Positions 10,025-20,106 of a DNA stretch of 64,000 nt are shown in pieces; the first letter of the stretch is position 1; each line of letters opens with the position of its first letter. The translations under genes and the position numbers were made by a program. The stretch is from Parcubacteria group bacterium Gr01-1014_38 (GTDB lineage Bacteria > Patescibacteriota > Andersenbacteria > UBA10190 > CAIZMI01). The DNA lies in assembly GCA_007376145.1 (NCBI GenBank), contig VMFP01000003.1, forward strand, positions 92,741 through 156,740. The letters are read 5' to 3'. The notes below the pieces were generated by a model that saw only the letters and a program-made list of their open reading frames with translations, made no database searches and was not told where the DNA came from.

Positions 10025-10768
10025 TTATGAGGCGTTCCGCGGTTGTACCGCGAGGGTAGCGGTGTCCACGAGTTCCGCATCCACCACAAGGCGCTGCTGC
10101 GTGGTCCAGAGCGGCCAGCAAGTGATGATGGACAGACGAGGCTGGTCAGCAGCCGAGTCTAAGAACGGCGTCTGGCGGGGGTTGACGAGCCGCTGATCGG
10201 TGACGCGGTACGTGTATCGGGACCCGTTGTGGTCCACGGAGATGGTGTCGCCCGGACGCAACTTCCCGGCGTGGAGGAAGGCGAAGCGGTACGGGCCTTT
10301 CCAGGGCTCGCCGGTGGAGTGCCCTGCGATGACGACCACGCCGCGCTGGCCGGGAGCAACGCCATTCGGGTACCGGACAACACCGACCTGCAGTGTTCGC
10401 AGGACATCAGCATTGTTGAGCGTTGGGGCCAGTGCGAGCGGGAGGTTCAGCGAGAGGGCCGGAATGCGAATCCAATTTCCCCGCTCATGGGTTTCCACCA
10501 CTATCTGGACAAGTGGTACTTCTGCCGGCGACGTGCGCGCGGGAGAGGATCCTCGGGCTGGCGCGAGGCGGGCCCGATAGAGCGCAGGAGAGACCGTAGC
10601 GGCAACGGGAAATGTGGGGCGGTAGCGCGGCTGCGTGAGCAGTTCTTCAACTCCCCGTCCAGCGAAGAACGTCAGGAGACCCGCGGCCGCCGCCGCGAGG
10701 AGGAATCCGAGAAGTAGGCCCTGGTCAGTGGGGGAGAGAGCGCGGACTCTCTCGGTGAGATGCCTCAT
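10025..10768 (-). CDS. Sortase family protein
   Basis: IRIPAL, VVIAGHS (His), LSIITCWP (Cys), QRLVV (Arg) catalytic motifs; N-terminal TM anchor. Confidence 0.92.
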   Translation of the reverse strand: MRHLTERVRALSPTDQGLLLGFLLAAAAAGLLTFFAGRGVEELLTQPRYRPTFPVAATVSPALYRARLAPARGSSPARTSPAEVPLVQIVVETHERGNWIRIPALSLNLPLALAPTLNNADVLRTLQVGVVRYPNGVAPGQRGVVVIAGHSTGEPWKGPYRFAFLHAGKLRPGDTISVDHNGSRYTYRVTDQRLVNPRQTPFLDSAADQPRLSIITCWPLWTTQQRLVVDAELVDTATLAVQPRNAS

Positions 10769-10887
10769 GGGGGGGTCCTATCATGAGCGTCCCCCTTCGT
10801 CAATACTTCTCGACCCTTAAGCATCACCAGGTTGACGCATCCATGGTTCCCCCAAGAGACGGTATGATGGAGTCACGGAGGATGAGG

Positions 10888-11874
10888 ATGCCAGCAAAGG
10901 AGCAGTCCCAGGTTCGGGGACGTTCGCGTTCCCAAGGGGTGCGCACGACGCTCTTAACGCGCGTCGGCGACGGTCCACTCTTGCGACCCACGGACCGCTG
11001 GTGGGAGAACCAAGCGGTGTTCAACCCTGGTGCCGCCGAAGGGCCGGACGGCGTCATTCATCTGCTCTACCGCGCGCAGGGCCAAGATCACGTTTCCCGT
11101 TTCGGGCATGCAACCACTCGGGATGGCGTCACGATCGAGGAGCGCTGGCCGGAGCCGGTGTTCGAGCCTGACCTTCAGGACGAATTCGAGCGTCTCGGGA
11201 CGGAAGACCCGCGCCTGGTCCGCATGGACCATACTTATTATGTGACGTATACGGCTGCTTCCCTCTATCGGGCGAGCGATCCGCATCCGGAGTGGCTTCC
11301 GCCCGGCAGTCCGCCCTGGCGTGTGCGCGTCTCGCTCGCGCTGACGGAAGATTTCCGCACGTTCACGAGGCTCGGCGTCGTCCTCCCCGAGATGGACAAT
11401 AAGGACACCGTCCTCTTCCCGGAGAAAATCCGAGGGAAGTACGTCCTCCTGCACCGGCTGCCTCCCGATATGTGGATCGCCATGAGTGCAGATTTAAAAA
11501 CCTGGGAGGATCACCGCGTGGTGCTTCGGACGCGGCCGGCGCTGTGGGACGAGTATAAACTGGGGGCGGGCCCTCCCCCTGTTCGCACCCCGTCCGGCTG
11601 GCTCGTCTGCTACCACGGGATCGATCACCACCACGTCTACCGCGCTGGCTTTGCCCTTCTCGACTTAGAGGACCCCAGTCAGGTCTTGGGTCGGTCGAGT
11701 GATCCGGCGCTCGAGCCCCGAGAGTCCTGGGAACTTCGTGGTCAGACGCCGCGGGTGGTGTTTCCCTCAGGAATGATCCTGCGGGGGGATGAGCTGCTCG
11801 TGTATTACGGTGCTGCGGATGCCGTCGTGGGAGTCGCCCAAGCATCGTTGCGGGCCGTTCTCGCCTCTCTCTGA
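10888..11874 (+). CDS. Glycoside hydrolase family 130 (mannoside phosphorylase/glycosidase)
   Basis: VFNPGA, LLYRA, GTEDPR, NKD..LFPEKI, YHG, YYGAAD motifs; start uncertain (10864-10888). Confidence 0.92.
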   Translation: MPAKEQSQVRGRSRSQGVRTTLLTRVGDGPLLRPTDRWWENQAVFNPGAAEGPDGVIHLLYRAQGQDHVSRFGHATTRDGVTIEERWPEPVFEPDLQDEFERLGTEDPRLVRMDHTYYVTYTAASLYRASDPHPEWLPPGSPPWRVRVSLALTEDFRTFTRLGVVLPEMDNKDTVLFPEKIRGKYVLLHRLPPDMWIAMSADLKTWEDHRVVLRTRPALWDEYKLGAGPPPVRTPSGWLVCYHGIDHHHVYRAGFALLDLEDPSQVLGRSSDPALEPRESWELRGQTPRVVFPSGMILRGDELLVYYGAADAVVGVAQASLRAVLASL

Positions 11875-11915
11875 ATGGTCGCGACGCCCGGTCCTTGGTA
11901 TGGTTTACCTAGACG

Positions 11916-12599
11916 GTGGAGCAGCAAGTCTTGTGCGTTCGGCGCACCACGTTCGAAGAGCGGCTCGGAGGAATTCCGCTGGGTCTGACCGTGGACGCGG
12001 ACACTCTTACCGCGTTTCAGGAGGTGGTTCGATCGGCAGGCGAATTCCGGCCAAGGCCCGCGCTCGAGAAAGATCCTACGTACCTCCAGGTCATCGTGCA
12101 GGGTCTCGTGACCGATGGGACATCCGTCCTCGCCCTCTTCCGGAAATCCCGGAAGCCGCAGACGGGCCGCTTCGTGGAGACGCGTCACAATGCGCAGATC
12201 GCGCTCTCGTCGGGCGGGCACGTGGAACCGGTCGAGGCCCGCAGCGGGGATGTCCTCCGCGCTGCGTTGGAGCGCGAGTTGAGCGAAGAGTTGATCTTCA
12301 CCCCCGTCCCGCCGCGGTCGGCACTGCTGCCGTTGGGACTGGTCTGCAACGCCGCACCCGACGCTTCGCTCTTTCACCGCGTGCACATTGGGGTGGTCTT
12401 CTTGGTGTCGGTTCCTGGAGCGGTTCGCCTCCCGGAGGGAAGCGATGAGTTCGAGCATATCGAGCTCGCCGGGCGCGATCGACTTCAAAAACTTCTGCCA
12501 CGGATGGAGGGATGGGGACGGATTCTCGCCGACGCGATTCTTGGCGGGAGGCTCTCTCTCGACATTCCTGAGACCGTCGTCGCCCGGAAGCGGACGTAA
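11916..12599 (+). CDS. Predicted NUDIX-family phosphoesterase
   Basis: E.DP.Y.Q, GGHVE, RELSEEL, VHIG motifs. Confidence 0.8.
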   Translation: MEQQVLCVRRTTFEERLGGIPLGLTVDADTLTAFQEVVRSAGEFRPRPALEKDPTYLQVIVQGLVTDGTSVLALFRKSRKPQTGRFVETRHNAQIALSSGGHVEPVEARSGDVLRAALERELSEELIFTPVPPRSALLPLGLVCNAAPDASLFHRVHIGVVFLVSVPGAVRLPEGSDEFEHIELAGRDRLQKLLPRMEGWGRILADAILGGRLSLDIPETVVARKRT

Positions 12600-12678
12600 A
12601 CCAGACCTCCCAAGTGGCGCGTCTGCAGGCGGGGCCAGTCTTGGCTCTTAAGCATTCCTTCCTGTACCGTGGGGCTTC

Positions 12679-14022
12679 ATGAACGCAGCAGGGAAGAAGC
12701 ACGTTGCCGTCCGTGAGCCGAGCACCCGCGTCGCGGCGGAGACCGTCGCGATTGTGGGGCTCGGGTATGTCGGCATCCCGGTGGCTGCCGCGGCGCGCGA
12801 GAAAGGGTTTACAGTCCTCGGCTATGACGTGGACCAGGGAAAAGTGGCGCGCATCGCCACCGGAGTATTTCCGTTCCGTGATGCCGAGGTCGAGACCGCG
12901 TTTCGCGCTTTTCCCTTGGAGGCGACGAGCGATGCTCGTCGGCTGGCCGACGCCGACACCGTGATCGTGGCCGTGCCGACGCCCGTCGATCACGACTCAC
13001 GGCCAGACTTCAGTCCGCTCCGGACTGCCGTCGAAACAGTCGCACTCCATGCCAAGCCCGGCGTGCTGCTCTCCATTGAATCCACCGTGAACCCCGGCGT
13101 GTGTGAGGAAATGCTCGTCCCGCTGCTCCGGTCGCGCGGGCGCGATCCTGACGGCGGCAACGTGTTGCTCGTGCACTGCCCGGAGCGCGTGAACCCCGGC
13201 GATACCCGCTGGACGATTCGTACCATTCCCCGCGTGCTCGGCGGATACACGGACGAGGCCGCGGAGCGGGGACTCTCCTTCTACACCCGACTCCTCGACG
13301 CGTCGGTCAAGCGGATGTCGTCTCTCCGCGCGGCAGAAGCAGTGAAAATGGTCGAGAACGCCTTCCGCGACGTGAACATCGCCTTCGTGAACGAACTGGC
13401 GCAGAGCTTTGATCGGCTCAAGATCGACGTGGCGGAGGTTCTCGATGGTGCGTCCACGAAGCCATTTGCCTTCCTTGCGCATTTTCCAGGGTGCGGGGTG
13501 GGCGGACACTGCATTCCCGTCGATCCGCACTACCTCATCGAGCACGCTTTAGCCCGCGGGTTCGAACACCGGTTCCTGAAATTGGCCCGGGAGATCAATC
13601 AGGCCATGCCGCGGTACACGGTTGAGAAGTTGCAGGCGGTCCTCGCCGCCTCAGGCGTGCAGAAGAACGGGGAAGGCGTGCACGGTGTGCGGGTAGCCTT
13701 GCTCGGCCTCGCGTACAAGCGCGATGTCAATGACCTCCGTGAAAGTCCGGCACTGGAGGTAGAGAAGATTCTCCGCGCCGAGGGTGCGGTCGTCACCGCC
13801 TTCGATCCGTACGTTCCCGAGCGGTCGTCCGTCGCGACACTCGACGAAGCCCTGCAGCAGGCAGAAGCCATCGTGCTCGCGACGGACCATACGGTCTTTC
13901 GGCAACTCATGCCGGATGATCTGGCTGGGACACCCGTCCGAGTCATTGTCGACGGCCGGAACTGTCTCGACCACGAGGCGTTTCGCAAGGCCAGGTACGC
14001 GATTACGGGCATTGGACGGTGA
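12679..14022 (+). CDS. Nucleotide-sugar dehydrogenase (UDP-N-acetylhexosamine dehydrogenase, WecC/WbpA family)
   Basis: GLGYVG, VPTP, ESTVNPG, PERVNPG, ENAFRDVNIAFVNEL, GGHCIPVDP, D.RESP. Confidence 0.95.
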   Translation: MNAAGKKHVAVREPSTRVAAETVAIVGLGYVGIPVAAAAREKGFTVLGYDVDQGKVARIATGVFPFRDAEVETAFRAFPLEATSDARRLADADTVIVAVPTPVDHDSRPDFSPLRTAVETVALHAKPGVLLSIESTVNPGVCEEMLVPLLRSRGRDPDGGNVLLVHCPERVNPGDTRWTIRTIPRVLGGYTDEAAERGLSFYTRLLDASVKRMSSLRAAEAVKMVENAFRDVNIAFVNELAQSFDRLKIDVAEVLDGASTKPFAFLAHFPGCGVGGHCIPVDPHYLIEHALARGFEHRFLKLAREINQAMPRYTVEKLQAVLAASGVQKNGEGVHGVRVALLGLAYKRDVNDLRESPALEVEKILRAEGAVVTAFDPYVPERSSVATLDEALQQAEAIVLATDHTVFRQLMPDDLAGTPVRVIVDGRNCLDHEAFRKARYAITGIGR

Positions 14023-14027
14023 AATCT

Positions 14028-14051
14028 CCCCGCCGCAAGCGGCGGGGCAGA
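14028..14051. repeat. Short REP-like palindrome CCCCGCCGC-AA-GCGGCGGGG with CAGA tail
   Basis: Perfect 9-bp inverted repeat just after the dehydrogenase stop; on the - strand it reads TCTG + hairpin. Confidence 0.6.
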
Positions 14052-14116
14052 AAGGGGGCTTCGCTGTGCGGAGGAGAAGCTCTCGGTCTCTCGGGACTCC
14101 GTGATACGATACGGCC

Positions 14117-14563
14117 ATGCCCGCCACGGTTGATGCGCTCGTCGTTACCTGTGTGGATTCCCCGCTCCACCGGGCGGACAAGCCTGCCCTCGCGGAGTAT
14201 CTCCGCGGGAAGCACGTGGGCATCAACACCTGGGACCTTCTGACGGCTTCCGGCGGGATCCGCGATCTCGTGGCTGCAGACGCGGGGGGTCGGAAAGAGG
14301 CGCTCCTGCATGCCATCCGGGTGGTCCACGATGCGCACGGAGTGTCGAAGATCCTGTTCGTGAATCACTCCGCGTGTACGGCGTACGGGGGCAGCGCGCG
14401 CTTCCGTACCCTGACCGAGGAGTACCGGGAGCACGCCGACGACCTCCAGGCCGCCCGTGCGGCAGTGCGCCAACTGCTCCCGAACCTCGACATCCGACTC
14501 TTTTTTGCGACCGTGGAAGAGCGCGCGGACGGTCATTTTGTCACGATTGACGAAGTGCGATAA
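14117..14563 (+). CDS. Beta-carbonic-anhydrase-like protein
   Basis: C-x-D near N-terminus and H-x-x-C (NHSACTAYG) Zn-ligand pattern; the usual Arg after CxD is replaced (CVDSP). Confidence 0.7.
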   Translation: MPATVDALVVTCVDSPLHRADKPALAEYLRGKHVGINTWDLLTASGGIRDLVAADAGGRKEALLHAIRVVHDAHGVSKILFVNHSACTAYGGSARFRTLTEEYREHADDLQAARAAVRQLLPNLDIRLFFATVEERADGHFVTIDEVR

Positions 14564-14568
14564 ACTCA

Positions 14569-15966
14569 TTGCGAGAGCGCGTGACCGGTCAACACCAACC
14601 CGCACGTTCGCCTCGGTCTCGCCGACCGGTCTTCGCCGTCTCCCTACTGCTTGTGATCGCTCTCGTGGCGGGGATCTGCGTTCACTCTTCCTCGGCGCAG
14701 GTTCTCGTCCCTTCACCGGCGGCGAGTCCGCTCCCGACGGTGACTCCTTCTCCGGTGAGTCCGCAGCTCCTCCCGACGCCATCCGTTTCACCCTCGCCGC
14801 TCCCCGTCCGTCCTCCGCAGATCATTGCGGAAGCGGGGATTCTTCCCACGAGCGTGTTCTCCGCCTTCGATCGACTCAGTGAGTTGTTTGACCGGAGCCT
14901 CTTCAGTTTCGGCATCCCCACGCTGCGCGCGCGTATCGCTCTCACCCAGGCGGCGGAGCGCATCGCGGAATTACAAGCGCTCGAGCGGGCCGGACGGCTG
15001 ACGCCCGCATCTGCCCGCGGCCTCTTACAAGCACATGAGCGACTCCTGACGATCGCAGACCGAATCGTGGCGCGTCAACTTGCGGCCGGCGCGGTGCCTC
15101 CCGATCTTCTCTTCCTCCTCATCCGCACGCGGCTCGCCGCCGCCGGGGTGCTCGAAGAGCTCGAGGAAGAAGCGGCGGCGGAACGTGAGCTCGACAAGGA
15201 GGAATTTTCGTCTCCTGCTCCCACCGGCGCGTTTCCCGAAGCGGCCACCCTCGATCCCGTCGACGATGAGGTCAAAGATCTCGCGGAACTCCTCGACGAG
15301 GAAATCGAGGAGCTCGTGGAGTTCGAAGATGGCATGATTCCTCCCGGGGCTTCGGCGATTCCCCCGAACGTTCTCCGCTTCCTTGCCGAGCAGAAGGTCG
15401 CCAAGGCCGAGCGGGATCTTCTCCGGGCGGTTCGAAAGGTCGAGGAGCGCCTCGCGCAGGGGAAGGTCCTCATTGCCGATACCGAATTGCGTGCAAGCGC
15501 GGATGCCGCCCTCGTGACCGCTCGCCAGTTGTTCGCTGCGGAGAACTTTGCAGAGGCGCTGCGGATTGCTCGGGACGTGCGACGCATTGCCGACCGTTTG
15601 AAGAGTGGACAGATTGCTCTCGAATCGAACGCGCTCCGGTCGGGAGACGCGGAGCGCCGGGTTGAGCGGATTCTCCAGCAGCTCGTCGAGCACGGGTTCC
15701 TCGGGGTCGATGCGCAGAGCGCGGCGCTCCTTCGTGCGCGGCAGGCCATTGAGCAGGTGCGGAGGAATTCCGGGACTGCATTCCCGACTCCGCGCCCCGG
15801 AGAGAACGGTGCGGATCGCGACGAGGATGACGATAAGGATAAAAAAGAGAAGAAAGAAGAGGATAAGGATGGGTCGCGGGGCTCTGACTCGGGATCTTCC
15901 GGCTCTGAAGGCGGTTCATCTAGGAGCGGGTCCTCGGGGAGTGGATCTTCCGGCAGCGGACGGTAG
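14569..15966 (+). CDS. Secreted helical protein (DUF5667-like) with acidic and Ser/Gly-rich tail
   Basis: N-terminal TM, Pro-rich linker, AGILP..F..FDR..E…AERIAE motif, DDDKDKKE and SGSSG tail; start uncertain. Confidence 0.7.
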   Translation: MRERVTGQHQPARSPRSRRPVFAVSLLLVIALVAGICVHSSSAQVLVPSPAASPLPTVTPSPVSPQLLPTPSVSPSPLPVRPPQIIAEAGILPTSVFSAFDRLSELFDRSLFSFGIPTLRARIALTQAAERIAELQALERAGRLTPASARGLLQAHERLLTIADRIVARQLAAGAVPPDLLFLLIRTRLAAAGVLEELEEEAAAERELDKEEFSSPAPTGAFPEAATLDPVDDEVKDLAELLDEEIEELVEFEDGMIPPGASAIPPNVLRFLAEQKVAKAERDLLRAVRKVEERLAQGKVLIADTELRASADAALVTARQLFAAENFAEALRIARDVRRIADRLKSGQIALESNALRSGDAERRVERILQQLVEHGFLGVDAQSAALLRARQAIEQVRRNSGTAFPTPRPGENGADRDEDDDKDKKEKKEEDKDGSRGSDSGSSGSEGGSSRSGSSGSGSSGSGR

Positions 15967-16060
15967 GTCTCTGCTTTTCGTTCTCGTCGGTCCCCGTGGT
16001 CTTACGGGGTTGATGTTCCAAAAGGCTCGGGCGTGACGGTTCGACCGATGCTGTGATAGC

Positions 16061-17398
16061 ATGGAGCGCAGGTTTTCTCCGATGAATTTCCGCGATCCCG
16101 AGCGGCCGCGTGTTTCCCGTCGAGTCTCGAGCGTGACGCTTCCACTGCCGCCGCGGGGGAAGCGGATTGCCTACCTCTCGACCTATCTCCCCAGGGAGTG
16201 CGGATTGTCGACGTTCACCCGCGACCTCTCCTCTGCCGTTGACACACTCGGAGTCTTCTCGCACCCCACGATCATCGCCGTCCACGATCCGGACATTTAC
16301 AGCGGTCCCTATGCCCACGAGGTCCGCTTCCTGCTTCTCCAGCACGATCGGAACAGCTACGCGCAGGCGGCGACGTTTGTGAACCAGAGCGATGTCGCCC
16401 TCGTGAACGTCCAGCACGAATTCGGCATTTTCGGAACCGACAGTCCGCGCGGGACGTGGGACGGCACATACGTTCTCGATTTCCTCCGGGCTCTGCGGAA
16501 GCCGGCCGTCGTCACCCTCCACACCGTGCTCGAGCATCCGAATCCGCGGCAGGCGGCGGCATTCCGAGAGTTGGGAAAGTTGAGTGCCCGCTTGGTCGTC
16601 ATGGCCGGGAACGTTTCTGAGATTCTCGAGCGGGTCTACCGGATCCCGGCGGAGAAGATCTTCTTCATCCACCACGGCGCACCCGATGTTCCCTTCCACG
16701 GGAGCGACTACTTCAAGCGCGTGTTCAGTCTTTCCGGAAGAGAAGTACTCATGACCTTTGGACTTCTCTCACCGAATAAGGGGGTCGAGTACGTCTTGGA
16801 CGCTCTCCCCGAGGTGGTTGCCAAACACCCCGAGGTGATCTACCTCATTGTCGGCGCCACGCACCCCGTTGTTCGGAAAGAGGCGGGAGAGGTCTACCGC
16901 AAGATGCTCCGTCGCCGCGTGCGGGAACACAAGCTCAACGAGCATGTCCGCTTCGTGAACCAGTACCTCACCCTCAACCAACTCATCCTTTTTCTGCGCG
17001 CGACGAACATCTACCTTGCTCCCCAGCTCGATCTCTCTCAATATGTCTCGGGTACCCTGGCGTACGCGGCGGCTTTCGGGAAAGCGATCATCGCCACGGG
17101 ATCTCGCTACGCGCAGTACCTTCTGGCCGATGATCGCGGGCTGCTCGTTCCCGCCCGCGATGCGCGCGCGCTCGCCGTCGCTCTCGAGGCGCTCTTGGGC
17201 AACCCGCAGCGGAAGCGGGACGTCGAGGAGGCGATCTATATCTATTCTCGGGCAATGACCTGGCCCTCGGTGGCCAGCCAGTACGCGGATTTGTTCCGGA
17301 AGGTGATCGCGGAGCACAACGGTCTGTTCAACAGCGCCGGTGCGGTCAAACCCGTACCGCGCAGAGTTCAGAAGAGCGAGGAAGTCGGCGTGGCGTAA
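16061..17398 (+). CDS. Glycosyltransferase family 4
   Basis: STYLPRECG..TF, QHEFGIFG, TFGLLSPNKG.E, G.THP, SGTLAYA. Confidence 0.93.
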   Translation: MERRFSPMNFRDPERPRVSRRVSSVTLPLPPRGKRIAYLSTYLPRECGLSTFTRDLSSAVDTLGVFSHPTIIAVHDPDIYSGPYAHEVRFLLLQHDRNSYAQAATFVNQSDVALVNVQHEFGIFGTDSPRGTWDGTYVLDFLRALRKPAVVTLHTVLEHPNPRQAAAFRELGKLSARLVVMAGNVSEILERVYRIPAEKIFFIHHGAPDVPFHGSDYFKRVFSLSGREVLMTFGLLSPNKGVEYVLDALPEVVAKHPEVIYLIVGATHPVVRKEAGEVYRKMLRRRVREHKLNEHVRFVNQYLTLNQLILFLRATNIYLAPQLDLSQYVSGTLAYAAAFGKAIIATGSRYAQYLLADDRGLLVPARDARALAVALEALLGNPQRKRDVEEAIYIYSRAMTWPSVASQYADLFRKVIAEHNGLFNSAGAVKPVPRRVQKSEEVGVA

Positions 17399-17416
17399 AG
17401 GGAACATCGTTATCTC

Positions 17417-18532
17417 GTGTGGCCTCGTATGGTGAGCGGGCTTCAGTCTCTGGACTCTTGCCAGCCGCCGGACCTTCGGCACCTCCGGAGGCTCACCGAC
17501 GAGTTCGGCGTTCTTCAGCACACGCGGCGCGAACATCCTCTCCCGGAATTCGGGTATGCCATCGATGACGTCGCCCGCGCCTTGATCGTGGTCGTGGAAA
17601 CCGGGCGCCTGTTCCCCACGCTGGACGAGCGCGAACAGCGATCCGTGAAGCAACTTGCAGATCTCTACCTCCGCTTCATTGCCTACTGTCAACTTCCGGA
17701 CGGGAGATTTCACAACGGCGTGGCCACCGACCGCACGTTTCAGGATGGCGCTGGGTCGCAGGACTCGTACGGGAGGGCCGTGTGGGCGCTCGGCATTACC
17801 TCCGCACGCGGCGGAGACGCGGCAATGCGAGCGGCTGCCAGCACCCTGCTCACGAAGGCGCTCCCGCATGCCGGGGATCTCTCCTATCTGCGCTCACGGG
17901 CATTCGCACTCCTGGGGCTTCTCGCCGTGCTCACGCCCGAGGATCCGCTCTCGGTTCGCGCGGGGGTGGAGCAGCTCCTCTCCCACCTGTTGCACGCCTT
18001 CGACGATACGGCAACCGAGACCTGGGCCTGGTTTGAAGAGACGCTCTGGTACTCGAACGGGGCGATCCCGTACGCGGTGCTCTCCGCGGCCCGTCACGCC
18101 GTCCTAGTGCAGCAACGTTCCTCGCTGGCGGAGCGGGCACGCACGGTGGGGCTGAACAGCCTTCATTTCCTCCTGCGCGCGCTTACGCAGGATGGCGTTC
18201 CCTGTCCCGTTGGGAACCGCGGCTGGTACACGCGCGGCGGAGAGCGACCTCTCTATGATCAGCAGGGCGTGGACGCTGCGGCCATGGTCGTCGCGTGCGC
18301 CGAAGCCTTCCGACTGACGGCCGAGGTTCGCTATCGGGAAGCTGCAGAAACCTGGTGGGGATGGTTCTTCGGTCAGAATATTCAACGCGGCGCGCTCTAC
18401 CGCCCGGAAGACGGTGCCGTGTACGACGGGATCAACCCCGAAGGTCTCAACGAAAACCGCGGCGCCGAGAGCATCGTCGCATTCCTCATTGCGCACCTGG
18501 CACTCGCGGACGCGTTCTGTCCGCACGCGTGA
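17417..18532 (+). CDS. Six-hairpin glycosidase-like protein associated with GT4
   Basis: HL.RLTD..G..QH…GY..DD.ARAL, DS.GRA.WALG, W.WFE..L.Y.N, N.GAES motifs typical of the domain usually fused or adjacent to this GT4 subfamily. Confidence 0.8.
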   Translation: MWPRMVSGLQSLDSCQPPDLRHLRRLTDEFGVLQHTRREHPLPEFGYAIDDVARALIVVVETGRLFPTLDEREQRSVKQLADLYLRFIAYCQLPDGRFHNGVATDRTFQDGAGSQDSYGRAVWALGITSARGGDAAMRAAASTLLTKALPHAGDLSYLRSRAFALLGLLAVLTPEDPLSVRAGVEQLLSHLLHAFDDTATETWAWFEETLWYSNGAIPYAVLSAARHAVLVQQRSSLAERARTVGLNSLHFLLRALTQDGVPCPVGNRGWYTRGGERPLYDQQGVDAAAMVVACAEAFRLTAEVRYREAAETWWGWFFGQNIQRGALYRPEDGAVYDGINPEGLNENRGAESIVAFLIAHLALADAFCPHA

Positions 18533-18606
18533 GCGCATCCCAAGGACATCGGTGATCGTGGTCTTGAACGCTTCCGCACTCCGCGCTCTACTCTTTGAGG
18601 ATCGGT

Positions 18607-19170
18607 ATGCTCACCATGAACGACCTTCGTTCCGGCGTGACCATCATTGAGGATGGTGACCCCTGGATCATCCTGGAGACCGATTTCATGAGGAAGGCAC
18701 AGCGGCGGCCGGTCATGCGCACCAAGATTCGCAATCTCCGGAGCGGTCAAGTGCGGGAGCGAACCTTCAAGCAAGGGGACAGTATCCCCGAGGCCGACGT
18801 GGGGAAGGCGAAGGCCCGGTTCCTCTACGCGGCCGATCGTCGCTACACCTTTATGGATGAGACCACCTACGAGCAGTACACTCTCTCAGAAGATGCACTC
18901 GGCACCGCGGCGGCGTTTCTCCGGGAAGGAATGCTGGTTGACCTCCTCACCTTTGAAGGGAATCCGGTCGTGGTGCAGCTCCCGATCAAGGTCGGGGCGA
19001 AGGTCATCTCCGCTCCCCCCGGCCTCCGCGGAGACTCGGCGACGAACATCATGAAAGAGGTCGTGGTCGAGGGAAATGTAAAGGTGAAGGTCCCGCTCTT
19101 CGTTAAAGAAGGGGACACGATCATTGTTGATACGCGGACAGGGGAATACGTGAGCAGAGCGGGGGAGTAA
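18607..19170 (+). CDS. efp: Translation elongation factor P
   Basis: KOW/OB architecture, FMD..TYEQ, PG.RGDS, VPLF..GD.I.VDTRTGEY..RA. Confidence 0.97.
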   Translation: MLTMNDLRSGVTIIEDGDPWIILETDFMRKAQRRPVMRTKIRNLRSGQVRERTFKQGDSIPEADVGKAKARFLYAADRRYTFMDETTYEQYTLSEDALGTAAAFLREGMLVDLLTFEGNPVVVQLPIKVGAKVISAPPGLRGDSATNIMKEVVVEGNVKVKVPLFVKEGDTIIVDTRTGEYVSRAGE

Positions 19171-19312
19171 AGGGGGCATCCCTCGCGCTGCCCTATGAGG
19201 AGGAAGGAATACGCATGGCATTGCTTGTGGACAACCACGCGTTGCTCTTGCTCTTCGACCTGGTGTACTCTGGAGTGCAGCATATGGCCATGAAAGGAGG
19301 CGAGGTGAAGGC

Positions 19313-19501
19313 GTGAAGGGACTCCAGTTGTCAGGAGCTGTACTCCTCCTGGTGAGCGGTGTCATTCTTCTCATTCCCGCGCTCTACCAGGGCTTAAGTG
19401 CCGTGACCGCGGGGAGGCCGTGGATTCAGATCATCGTGGGGATTGTGGGGATCATCGTGTCGCTGGCGTTGTTTGCCGGCAAACCGGAGAGCGCATCATA
19501 A
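19313..19501 (+). CDS. Small 2-TM protein
   Basis: GAGGTGA SD upstream of GTG; two hydrophobic helices. Confidence 0.6.
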   Translation: MKGLQLSGAVLLLVSGVILLIPALYQGLSAVTAGRPWIQIIVGIVGIIVSLALFAGKPESAS

Positions 19502-19689
19502 CGGCGCAGAGGAGAGAGTGGTCCTTGAGCACATCATTTCCCTTCCGACTTTTCCGTTTTTCCCATGATCGACGCCCGCCTTCGCTCTTCGTTCATGCCG
19601 AGAACTGGCTCGTGCGTCGCACATTCTGCCCCGCTTCCTCGGCGGCGCTGTCGGGGACCGGGTACGAAGCAGGAGAGGAGGTGACGCAC

Positions 19690-20079
19690 ATGGCCAAGAC
19701 ACTGACCTGGGTGCTCGGCGTGGTGCTGACGATCCTTGGTATCTGGGGCTATCTCACCGGTGGCGCACCGGTCCTGGGAATCTTCGCCGTTGATGGAACC
19801 CATAACTTCGTCCATCTCGTGTCCGGCATTGTGGGGATCCTCGCCGCTCTCGGTGGTGAGAAGTACTCGAAGACGTATCTTCAGGTCTTCGGGGTAATTT
19901 ACGCCATTGTCTTTCTTCTCGGCATCTTCACTCCAGGCGAGGGCCTGATTCTCGGTTTGTTCACCTCGAACCTCGCGGATGACATTCTCCACCTCGTGAT
20001 TGCCGCAGTCGCCCTGTACGGTGGGTTTGGGAAAGGCAAAGGTATGAGCATGCCCGCGATGTCTTCCCCCACGACCTGA
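19690..20079 (+). CDS. DUF4383-like membrane protein
   Basis: HNFVHL and N.ADD.LHL motifs, 4 TM helices, GAGGAGGTGA SD. Confidence 0.8.
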   Translation: MAKTLTWVLGVVLTILGIWGYLTGGAPVLGIFAVDGTHNFVHLVSGIVGILAALGGEKYSKTYLQVFGVIYAIVFLLGIFTPGEGLILGLFTSNLADDILHLVIAAVALYGGFGKGKGMSMPAMSSPTT

Positions 20080-20106
20080 CAAGCGTCGCCCATAGAACAC
20101 GTGTGA

